A stretch of DNA of 63,700 nt, filler included, from Choristocarpus tenellus KU-1152 (Eukaryota; Protista; Phaeophyceae): NCBI GenBank assembly GCA_964200185.2. It is 13 parts of 13 records of this genome, joined end to end, with 100 filler letters (N's around TTAATTAATTAA, not from the genome) between each part and the next. Parts side by side here need not be neighbours in the genome. Positions count along the whole stretch, not along the records: positions 50,475 to 53,793 come from CAXNAD020020832.1; positions 53,894 to 59,597 come from CAXNAD020009960.1; positions 59,698 to 63,700 come from CAXNAD020016719.1; 10 more parts are not named here. One strand, given 5' to 3'. This document shows positions 53,401 to 63,700 of this stretch, piece after piece. A program made the translations under genes and the position numbers. How positions within the stretch are numbered: the first letter of the stretch is position 1; the number at the start of each line of letters is the position of its first letter. The notes below the pieces were generated by a model that did no database searches, was not told the DNA's origin, and saw only the letters and a list, made by a program, of their open reading frames with translations.

Positions 53401-53793
53401 AACCGGGTTAAGGACGTAAGCTGGGAACACGCGGCGGGTATAGTTTTGACGTGCAACAAACTTGTTGGGAACTGCAAAAAGATTCCTAACAAGGTGTTGA
53501 AAGTTCTACAGTCTGCTATCGAGGCGAGGGAAAGGGGGGTTTTGTGGGAGAAGAACGGAAGAGAAAATTCAAGGGACAAGGAGAGGAGAGGGGAGGGGAG
53601 AATGGGGACGAAAAGGAGGACAACACCGACGACGACAAGGAGGAGGATGAGGAGGAAGATGAAGAGGAGGAGGAGGAGGAGGAGGAGGAGGAGCAGCAGC
53701 AGAAGGAGGACGAGGACGACGAGGACGATGAAGAGAAGGGGGACCTCGGTATGGGGGAGGGGGGGGGGGCGTCTGCCGGTGCAGGTGCATGTA
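50475..53793 (+). pseudogene. Intron-containing DDE/D transposase remnant, Sola1/DUF7869-like; exons 50783-50895, 51148-51293, 52032-52460, about 52800-53793
   Basis: Spliced product NWQ-VDNCVSENKNNFFPGYAGLLV...EIHFMMVEHIHIKIDQIFSR-FS...YRTFRVEK..GRVKVSVKQY matches the DNC..ENKN / GHTH..IDQ.FSR signature. GHTH is decayed to EHIH; frameshifts near 52360 and 53317; acidic tail. Confidence 0.75.
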
Positions 53794-53893
53794 NNNNNNN
53801 NNNNNNNNNNNNNNNNNNNNNNNNNNNNNNNNNNNNNTTAATTAATTAANNNNNNNNNNNNNNNNNNNNNNNNNNNNNNNNNNNNNNNNNNNN

Positions 53894-54064
53894 GAAAATG
53901 TCATAAAAAAAACCCATGGCAAGCCAAGCCCTACAAATGTATATATTTTACCTACTACGAAATATTTTGGAGTCGGAAAATGTCAAAAAAAATACATGGG
54001 AAGCCAAGCCCCACAAATGGACAAACAGGGAGAAATTCGTACCCTCTAAGATAGTTTGCTCACT
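53894..54064. mobile_element. Family B partial copy with internal duplication
   Basis: GAAAATGTCA..CATGG-AAGCCAAGCCC occurs twice, then the right TIR. Confidence 0.75.
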
Positions 54065-54274
54065 TTCTGAAGAGGTACTTGAATTTCAAGAATCATTCAT
54101 TGCTCAGATCCTTCATCTGCTAAGTGCAAATCCGATGCCTGGCAGAGTGGGGTATGTACAATACATTGATCAACCGGACATAGCCACACTCTGGGGTGTA
54201 GAGTGCGGATTGTTTTTTGAAATTTCCGGGAGGTGGGGATTCTAAAGATCTACCGTGGTTGTATAGTACGACCC

Positions 54275-54538
54275 GAGCCAAAGCATTTACCCTGGTAGGG
54301 CTGCATCCGATCAGGGTCATAAATCCAATGTTGTGATTTTAGTTAATTTTCGTTTTCGTTTTGTTAGCAAGTGTCAATATCCTTGCTCCGGACACACCTT
54401 TCATAGTCGTATACATTTTAGGGTTAGGGTTGGTGTTCACAAAGGAAATCGAAAAAGGGTACATAAAAGATCAGTGGAAAGCCATGTCCTGAATGGACAA
54501 ACAGGCCAAACCTCCTACCCTCTAATATGCTTTGGGTC
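54275..54538. mobile_element. MITE family B variant
   Basis: GAGCCAAAGCATTT...ATATGCTTTGGGTC, ACCC on both flanks, internal TTAGGGTTAGGG. Confidence 0.75.
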
Positions 54539-55916
54539 ACCCACCTCATCAAATATCCTTCAAGATCAGAGGTCCAGGCAAATATTTGTTAGAGAGAGGT
54601 GATGGTTTATTCACAAATATAGCAATGATTCAGTCATCACATGAATGGTTTCTTGCTTCATTCATCCGAGGCAATACCTCAAAATACTCACAACAGTTGA
54701 ATCTCACCAACCCTATCCATACCCCAACCTGAACAACTGAATATCTCTATGTTCGTGCTCAGTGAGATCTACAGCAGGACCATCACAGTTTGTGGTACTA
54801 GTTGAAACTGAAAAAATCAGGAGGACAGCAACTACAATGTCCATTAAATATCACATCACAAGAATGAGGAAATATGTCAGTCTCAGTGTGCTCCAGCCTT
54901 TCCTCCAGTCATCAGATCTTTTACTTCCCCAAACATTGTGAACACTTCACTCTTGAATTCATGGGTTGACTTGATCTTTCTTGCCCACATGGCCAACATG
55001 GGGGACTGTTATTCACCACCCTCGACTAGTGTTGGACAATAGCCTTGGAAAAGAACATGAAAGGAATCCGCAATCCACATTCTTGTTCTGTCTGGCTCTT
55101 GTGGAGTGGATTTGATCTCTTCAAAGAGGGATACCAGTATCAAACATGTGTTGTGTGACATCGTGAGGTGTAGCAACTATCCATTCAACAAGCTTTAAAA
55201 AAGAATCAAGGGTGTTGGGCAGAAAATAATAATCAACATACTGCTATTTTCATCATTTGTAGTACCTTGGAGATACTTGCTATACTAAGGTTGTAAATGC
55301 ACACAAGCATTATAGTTGTTTAAGGAGAACAACATTTCTACATACATCTGTGCAAGAAAATTGAACCTCCTAAAGAACAGAGAGATGATGAATAGAATGC
55401 TGATGCCCACAAGTATTCACCAACGGATAGTTGGAAGTATGTTACATACATGAAGTAGGAGATAATCCTTAATAGTGAAGAACGTAAGGAACAAGGTACT
55501 GGCAAAATACCAATCCGTACATGCAATAATGCAAGGTGTAACACAGAAACTGCAGAAACCTAATACCCACAAAACCCAATGTCAATATGGAGGCTTCTTC
55601 ATAAATCTCTTCCACACAAGTCAAATCCTGTACATATTCAACATCCAAGGTGTTGCTCTGGAGTTTTTGACGCCTTGAGGTGTCCCAAAATATTGCTAAG
55701 TTGTTCATCCATTACTCCGTATATAGATATTCATGCCCATTCTGGTGCTGGAGGAGGTCATCCTGGGGTGGTCAACCTTTAGCGTGCCATATATCTATGA
55801 GGTACAAATTAAGCACGGATAGACAAAGAATACTGATCTCGATCAAACATGGTACAACACACATGTGTTATTGGATTCAACATATCAGTTGCCACTAGAT
55901 CTCTGGTGTCCTATCT

Positions 55917-56095
55917 GACCCAAAGTACTTTGGTGGGGGGGGGGGTCTAAACCAGGGTGTCCAATTGGGCCAAAACCAGAAAAAGTGCATTTGCATTATC
56001 CATCCTACGTGTGCAACCAAATCTCCCAAAAATCGTGACATAAAAAAATTGACCCCAAATGGACACCTTCCACCCCCCCCCAAATACTTTGAGCC
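55917..56095. mobile_element. MITE family A
   Basis: GACCCAAAGTACTT...AAATACTTTGAGCC. Confidence 0.85.
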
Positions 56096-56118
56096 TTTCC
56101 CCACTGACGTTTGTCACG

Positions 56119-56401
56119 GAGTCAAAATATTTTAGAGGGTAGAGCCGCGTCCGTTTGGGGCCAAAATCCAATGTTGCGATTTTGATGTAGTTCTGGCTAT
56201 CGTGGTTGTTAGGAAGTGTCGATATCCTTGTTCCGGACACACCTTTTCATAGTTATTTACATGATAGCTACTCTAAAACGTACACATTTTACCTACCCCC
56301 AAACATTTCGGAGTAGGAAGATGTCATAAGAACCCCATGGGAAGCCAAGCCCCAAACAGACAAACAGGGCAAAACTCGCACCCTCTAAGATACTTTCACT
56401 C
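56119..56401. mobile_element. MITE family B
   Basis: GAGTCAAAATATTTTAGAGGGTA...CACCCTCTAAGATACTTTCACTC. Confidence 0.88.
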
Positions 56402-56997
56402 ACTCCCTTTGCTCTTGCATTGCATGATAGCTGTTCCTCATAGTCATTCCTATGACTCAGAACCTTTCACCAACTCTTACCTTCCTTTGCGTGTTGAAGT
56501 GTACATGTGGAGGTAATGGTGCTTGTACTCCTGGTTCCGAATCACGGATTTTCTCTCCCACAGTCATCCCCGTCGCTGGAGGGGATGGCTTTGGGGGGTG
56601 GAAGGATGTAGATGCCTCCCTGGTCTTGAAGCACAAGAAGACTGCTTATTCTACTTCTTTGGAGACTTATTTTTCTTCTTGCCCCAGTTTTGTTTCTTTT
56701 CCCTTCCTTTTTGGTATTTTGGTGAGTACCAGGCATGACGTCATGAAACTACGACAAATAAAAACTGGAATCTGTCGTTAGCACAACAGTTTGCACCTGA
56801 AGAGAAATCACTTGTGCAATGAACACATTTCCAAAAAAAGCAAGGCCATGCCCAGAATCATCACACTTTCCAATTATGTATATCCCATCTTGGGTGGGGT
56901 AGTTCTAGGAACGAGAACAAATACCCACGCCAAAATCTTCCTCAGATGACAAGTTCTTCCACACTTGCTTGCTTGTGGACAGTGAGGACTTCCATGA

Positions 56998-57241
56998 GAG
57001 TCAAAGTATCTTAGAGGGTAGAGCCGCGTCCGTTTGGAGGTCAAAATCCAATGTTGCAATTTTGATGTAATTTTGGCTATTTTGTTTGTTAGGAAATGTC
57101 AATATCCTTGTTCAGATACACCTTTTCGTAACGTATACATCTTACCTACTCCGAAATGTTTCGGAGTAGGTAAGATGTCATAAAAAGCCTCTGGGACACC
57201 AAGTCCTAAACGGACAAACAGGACAAAACTCCTACCCTCTA
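56998..57241. mobile_element. MITE family B, right terminal 14 bp missing
   Basis: GAGTCAAAGTATCTTAGAGGGTA...TACCCTCTA. Confidence 0.85.
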
Positions 57242-60105
57242 TCGGAAAGAGCCTTTACTGAATTTTGTCACTTTGTGTGAGGAAGGGGGGAACATCAATA
57301 TGCGTATACTGTTATGGGCATACAACTTTGAAATAGAGCGTATTGCACAGACAGGGTAAGAAAGAACGAAAAAGGTTCCAAACCTCCCTACCTTTCAATT
57401 GGTTTGGCTCAATCCGAATCAATTATGTAACGTTAAATACATTCAAAGTCAAGATGGATAGCGGAGCAGGTGATTGTCGAAAGATGAGGGACAATAGCTT
57501 GCGAACTATCATGTGGCATTTGTAAACGTCTGCAACGATGATGGTAGAAGGGGATCCAACGGTGGGTGGGAATTCTTCCAAGGGCACAGTTCATTAGGAG
57601 GTCAAGACTGCCCACAGGGTCAGGACGGTTTACCTCCACCAAAGGCGTAGAGTTAAATGCTGCCCTCATTTGTTAATGGTGAAAGTGAAAATCTTTGCAC
57701 GAATGACTCCTTGAACCTCTGACATTCACCATCTCTGATCTTCCTTTCAGAGGAGAGGTCAGGCGTACAGTGGGGCTCATGTGTTTGTTGTGAAGTGTGC
57801 TGTCTCATCTCCGCTGCCAAGAAAAAGTGAAAAATCAATTAAAGATAAATCCTACGAGAAAATTACGACCACATATGATGGAGTTGGAGCTGCAAATCTT
57901 GCTTGAAAACCTAAACCACAAATGTAGTCGAAACAACTCAATAATAACCGTACAATTCTTATCGAAAATATTATACAAAATATTACTTCAATCTTATAAC
58001 CACAAACTAAACACTCAGGTCACACCATTCAAGTGTACGCAAGGGATTCAGAGTGCAGGTTCAATAGGTATTAAATAGGGATATTTACCCAATCACACTA
58101 GCTCTTCCAACTTGCCAAACTCGTTGATCCAAAACTACATTTTGATATCTCAATGCTTGTATGAGGAGCTTTATCGTGTAATATGATTTGTGATCATGCA
58201 CTCCACCGAACAATTTGAGTCCACTCTTATTGCCCACAGCTATCTCTATCTCTACCTCTCCCACAAAGAAAAGCATTATGGCGACAACCCCCCCTAGTCT
58301 TCTCTGATGCAAGAGCAAGCACAATCGCAACAGTATGTTCCGTGAAGGGGGGGGCTGTTTGCTGGTCTCTCAGTGACATGGGCAGTGGCACTGGTTTGCC
58401 CTCTTTAGAGAATCCAATAGAGTTGATTCCTTCCGCAGTCTTAGGATTAACAGCAGTTGCGCCCACATTAGGACTACTGATATCACCCCCAGTGAACCTG
58501 TGTATGGGGTGTGTGCAAGGGTAGGACGGAGCATGGAGAAAGACGGTTAAGAAAGTCAGGTGAGACACCACAACCAAGTAGTGATGAAACCATCTCTGGA
58601 GATACCATAGACGGAACACCTCCACCTGCAATTTTAATATGTAATACAATGCCACAGACCTGTTGTGCGTTTACTAGGGCAGGACAACCCGAACAAAATA
58701 CATAAGTGCAGTAGGATGTACATCTATCAGTACTAGACATCATACTTCAAATAGTGATACTACTGTTGTTAAGGGCCTTACAACTTTAGGTAGAGCTAAC
58801 TATAAATGGAACAATCATGACAATCCCCAAGGCCTATTTGAAACAAATGGTGCGCTATTTGAGACAGCAAAAGAAGGGACTGGTACTTGCATATTTCGCT
58901 TGCTGCTCAAGGGCACTTGTTTCAATCCTTTGACGGTTTGCTTGACTCTCACAGCAGGGCTGGAACACACTGTTTTCTAGGACCCCAAACGGAAAACCGA
59001 TTCGATATGATCGCAGAGAACATGCATGGACTTCATCTAGTATCTTGATGTACCACATGAGAGTACCAAACAGAACAATAGTCCAACCGGAAGCACACCA
59101 TGTGATACATAGACAGCATCAGAACCTCAGGTACTCCTGTACAACATGTACCACAACTTAGGAGGGATCAAATGACTTCGGAACTACCTGCCATACAGAG
59201 CATAAATTCCTACCCACCCAATCCATGCTCCAATTCGTTTTAGAATTTTTAAGCAGGTGATGCAGGCGATGCAGCATGACTTCAAACGACCATTGATGCT
59301 ACTGTATGTCAAACTACACCATACCATTCCCAGAAAATATCGTAACTTCATGCCACCACCACGACCTACAATTTCTTACCAGGAGGATACCAGGCAATTT
59401 CTGAACTTAGTCGAGGCAATACACACGGTCTAGAAGGGCCTGTTTAAAGCACCCTTACGAGAGCACATCCTTAATATCACAGGACTTATGCACGCCCTCT
59501 ACCCGGACGCAGAGCCACTGAACAACCTCTACAATGGCCCATCAGGAGTTACCAAGGGCACAGCAGTTGCTGTTACCACCGGCTCAAAGTATCTGGGNNN
59601 NNNNNNNNNNNNNNNNNNNNNNNNNNNNNNNNNNNNNNNNNTTAATTAATTAANNNNNNNNNNNNNNNNNNNNNNNNNNNNNNNNNNNNNNNNNNNNTAA
59701 TTTCATCACTTCCCTAGTCGAAAGTCTTGGGCGGGCGCCTTCACAAGACCAGAGAGAAACCTGGATGAGTTGGTCATCCATGCAGTAGAGGGGAGAAGGG
59801 CTGGGGGTATTATTGAAGGAAAAGGGCTGTCAACTCTCTTACGATGATACAGAGAGTATCCGCTACTGCACAAGTAGTGGCTCTCTGAAGACGTGCCATA
59901 CGTTTCAAGCCAGAGACATGGGGCAGGTGGAGAAGAAGGGACCTGACAGTTTCCTGGGATGCGTCCCTAACCCCTCGCCCACCTTCGTAGGGCTTGATGT
60001 AGGTTAGAGGCACAGCAGTGAAGGTGGCTTTGTCGTATTGTTAGTCTTCAAATAAGAGTATCTTTCACATTTACGACAAATATTACTTTTTCAGATAGAT
60101 GTCGT

Positions 60106-60252
60106 GACCCAAAGTATCTGGGGGGGGGGAGAGGGGGGGGCTACACCAGGGTGTCCATTTGGGCTAAAATCAGGAAAAGTACATTNNNNNNNNNNAAAAT
60201 ATTTTTTATTTTTTTAATAATATATGTTTTTCTTTTGGAGGAGGGGGGACGA

Positions 60253-60286
<34 letters not shown>

Positions 60287-60437
60287 CTACACCAGGGTGT
60301 CCATTTGGGCTAAAATCAGGAAAAGTACATTCACAATATCCATCCGACGTATCCAACCAAATCACCCAAAACTCGCGATATAGAAAAATTGACGCCAAAT
60401 GGACAGCTGCCACCCTCCCCCCCGGATACTTCGAGCC
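60106..60437. mobile_element. MITE family A spanning a 10-N gap
   Basis: GACCCAAAGTATCT...GGATACTTCGAGCC; the left part appears twice around the gap. Confidence 0.75.
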
Positions 60438-60516
60438 TTGTTCTGATAATGGTTTTGGCCTTTGACTGACACATCTGCAAAATGTCAGAGGGCATAATAA
60501 AGGCATAATAAATAAT

Positions 60517-61529
60517 ATGGAAGTCCGCCAGGTGAAGGAGAGCTCCTCATTAGCTCTAGCATACCACCGGAGCCAGTGTGGACAAGGGGCAAACGCATGG
60601 GCCTCAACACAACCCCTGGAGCCAGCATGCCAGATCCCCCCTTGGGAGGGAGGAGGCCCAGTTGCGGGGTGCAGGAGGCAAAACGTCAACACCAGGCATG
60701 CCTGTACCTGGCCGAGGGCAGGAGGAGAGGTTCGACAGCATACCCCCATCGTGAAACGCCCAGGCCAATTATGCAAGGTAATGGGCGTCACTTGCACTAC
60801 GGAGGACAGCAGCCCCTTCACCGTAGACAGAAATCTCCGCATGGATCTAGTTTTCCATGCAGGGGAACTGACAGACGCTGGAACAGCTCCCTACCGGGAC
60901 AAAGGCCTTCTGCTTGATGTTACATTTGCAGAAGTGCAGGACACCTCCCATCTTGCACACTCATCCACCAGCAAAAATGGTGTAGTAGCTGCTGCTGCAG
61001 CTGAGTGAGGCGTGAAAGCACCCACTATGAGGACTCCTTTGATCTCTCGTAGCTATAACCTCAACACCTTCAGGGTGGAAAGTTTTGGGCGCCTTGGCAA
61101 GCAAGCGGAATGCTTCCTGGACGAGCTGGCTACACACATACATGGTGGGGGGGAGAGGAACTGTAGGATATAGAAGGAAAGGAGCGGTTAAATCCAGGCT
61201 ACGCCAAATTATCTCAGTACCTACGCGAGTGGCACTGTCTAAACGTGTCATGCTTCAAAAGCTGGAGTCACCAGGGTGATGAGCACGGAGGGGTTGGATT
61301 CTCGGGATCCCTCCCTAGCTCCTCACCCTGAGGCACACGAATCGGTAGATTGGAGGCACAGGAAGGCAGTGGTATAACATAGTAAAATAGCAAAATAGAT
61401 TTTTGTTTTTCACATTATTTGTGACATATTTTTTTTCCTTATTAGGGCTTAGACTGACTTGTGAATAGTTCTCATTGGTTTCCCCCCTGAAACATTTCCA
61501 AAATGTCAGAGGGCATAATAAAAAAAAAA
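60517..61529 (+). mobile_element. 5'-truncated CRE/R2-group non-LTR retrotransposon: zinc knuckle, restriction-like endonuclease, 3' UTR, A-tail (degenerate)
   Basis: C..NTRHAC..AG.EVRQH...LRMDLV...LLDVT...AAAAAE..K..HY...VESFGRLGKQA..FLDELA...RLRQIISV; internal stop at 61006; poly-A near 61520. Confidence 0.8.
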
Positions 61530-61774
61530 TATAATTCACATATACAACTATTCTTGTAATTTCAGCGGTTTTTTGACTTCGCATTCTACAAAATGTCCGA
61601 TGCGGTAATAATTAATATTTTTCGAGGCCAATTCCTCCAAGTAGATGCAATAATAAGAGATGTATACTACACCCCGATGAATACAGAACATTTTTTTATC
61701 CCAAGTCACGCATTCAAACTGTGGGTGATATTTCCTAGAAGCTACCGTTCACTTCTCCTTTGAGAGGGAACAAA

Positions 61775-62036
61775 ATTGGAAGTTTCTCATGCATGGTATA
61801 GGTTTACCCTGTTTGTCCGTTAGGGGCTTGACTTCCTATGGCTTTTTTATACCCTGTTTCGGTTTTCTGTGCAAACACATTGACTTAAAATGTATACGAT
61901 TATGAAAGGTGTGTGCGGAGCAAGGATATCGACACACACTTGCTAACAAACACGATACCCAAAATGAATCAAAATCGCAACATTGGATTTATGACCCCAA
62001 ACGGACACGGCCCTGCCCTCTTAAATGATCTGGGTA
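61775..62036. mobile_element. MITE family B variant (reverse), degenerate ends
   Basis: Reverse complement of the 54275 variant body (CAACATTGGATTTATGACCC, TTGCTAACAAA). Confidence 0.7.
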
Positions 62037-62392
62037 TTTGACGACCCTAACCCTAACCCTAACCCTACACATACATGCAAAGACAAAAAACACACGATTA
62101 CAATAATAGCGTTTCTTCGCACTCCATCAAGTCATCTAATCCTAACCCTAACCCTTTTTCCCAAACATTCAATCCTGTACTTCACAATGTAGATACTGCA
62201 TGGGGGTACATTACATTCCTTGGACTTCAAAGAACTCAACTTAGAGTTAGGGTTTTGCGTCCATACTCGATTCGAAACCACAATAATACCGAAACTTCCA
62301 TGTTCAAAACTTCCGCCCTACCTTAACCGACTCGTATCGCTTTTTTGGTGTATGATTTTGTGACCCCATTGGAGACGATGTAACCCCTTTTG

Positions 62393-62720
62393 TGTTGAAA
62401 TATTCCACACTGGACCCGCGGCTTTGGTGCTTTGATGAAAGACGGTGAACAGCTTGGTGTAGATATGCAATATTAGAGTTACAAAAGGCTTATGGTCTCG
62501 ATTCCACTGAGTACGTGGGTGAGACTAGACTAAACTACCATGATTATTTCTATGGTGTGGGGTTTGTAATCGCCCACACTAATTCACTGTGAATCACTTA
62601 CTTACTTGTCTTGAGTATCGCAAGTGTATCTTGAACTTGAGACAAAGATATCTGGACACTATGAGTCAGTACATATAATATATCTATCCCTGGCTCTCCA
62701 TCCTATGATCTAATCCACCA
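62393..62720 (-). mobile_element. Probable solo LTR related to 46557 (right boundary uncertain)
   Basis: First about 68 bp match 46557-46625 from TGTTG; no gag adjacent. Confidence 0.5.
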
Positions 62721-63700
62721 GTGGTGTCTATAGTGTATCAGCAGCACTATATTCGAACACCTTTTTCCATATGGGCCAACAACCGGCTCTATTCTCGTTT
62801 TTTTCACAGTAAACTACAGTACTTTCTTTTAATCATCAAGAAAACCCCCCCCAAGACCTACCTCTCTATGATGCGAGCACTAGATATCAATAATACCTGT
62901 TTCCCTCCTTCTTGATGGAGAAAAACATATCTTGAATTGTTAATTCTTAGTCTACCACTTTCTTCCATCTTTCATTCAACCCGTCAAGTTTTCAAGAAGT
63001 TAGATTAGAACACCACAGTCTTTGTAGGAACTCCTGCGGCATAAGTGGGAAGAATCCGTGGTAATTAGGGTTTAAGTACCTGAAATTATCTTCTTGAAGA
63101 AGTGAGGAAGAATAAGCTGACCTACGCCATTATTAGTTACAGGAACTCCTGTAACATTCAGAGAGCATGCGTGCTGGAGATAAACCCTGGAGAATCCTCT
63201 TCAAGGTCTGATCTTCTTACAGATCAGACACGCCTTTTCGTGCAAGCTAAAACGCTAAAAATTATGTACAGAAAACCCCCCCACCAAAACCGTTTGGATA
63301 GGGTCTCCTGTAGCCCTGAAAAACATGGAGGTCGGACCTCATCACAAAAAGCAAAAATGGAACACAAGACACACCTCTAAGCAACACATATGCGCGCGCG
63401 CGCGCAACATCTCCAATGTCCTTACTAACTAATTCCAACTCACATTCGTTCATTGACACAAACAAACCAGTCAGAAAATACACAGCTGCAACTATCTACA
63501 ATATCGAACCCCCAAACAGATATACATACACATATATATGTACAATACATTGCCGAAGTGCATCCACACAAGCAAATAGGGTTAGGGTTAGGGTTACTGC
63601 AAAAAAACACAAAAGAAAAATGGAGATGTTGCCTTTCACCCCTGCACCTAAATGAAACCCTACAGAGTCGCTGCTTGAGGGGTCAAAGTATCTGGGGGGG

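Noticed and set aside
6867-59697. Regularly recurring TTAATTAATTAA as a biological repeat or array
   Set aside because: Always centred in exactly 44+44 Ns; an assembly linker. Cross-linker synteny (for example TIR 50366 next to the transposase at 50475) was therefore not used as evidence.
60106-60330. Tandem duplication of the MITE left end
   Set aside because: Straddles a 10-N gap and poly-G; likely a scaffolding artefact.

Overview
Eukaryotic draft-assembly sequence: 13 short contigs (about 3-7 kb) joined by artificial 100-bp linkers (N44-TTAATTAATTAA-N44), so adjacency across linkers has no biological meaning. GT-AG introns, interstitial TTAGGG repeats, a plant/protist organellar DNA polymerase (POP) and the TE types suggest a photosynthetic stramenopile, probably a brown alga or close relative (inference). 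Host genes: five 5' exons of a secreted protein of a conserved stramenopile family (1083-6499), three POP exonuclease-domain exons (41965-45285, minus strand), two isolated exons and a PB1-domain pseudogene. The rest is mostly transposon-derived: more than 25 copies or ends of three related TIR/MITE families, two Copia gag fragments with LTR ends, an intron-containing Sola/DUF7869-like transposase pseudogene, CRE-type non-LTR retrotransposon 3' ends and foldback elements. Two signals stand out. (1) The MITE families share asymmetric bipartite ends whose spacers differ by one helical turn (16-17 vs about 26-27 bp), reminiscent of the 12/23 rule. (2) Both Copia elements carry a perfect palindrome followed by GACC where the tRNA primer-binding site should be, suggesting tRNA-independent priming. 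All family assignments are from motif recognition by eye; no searches were run.
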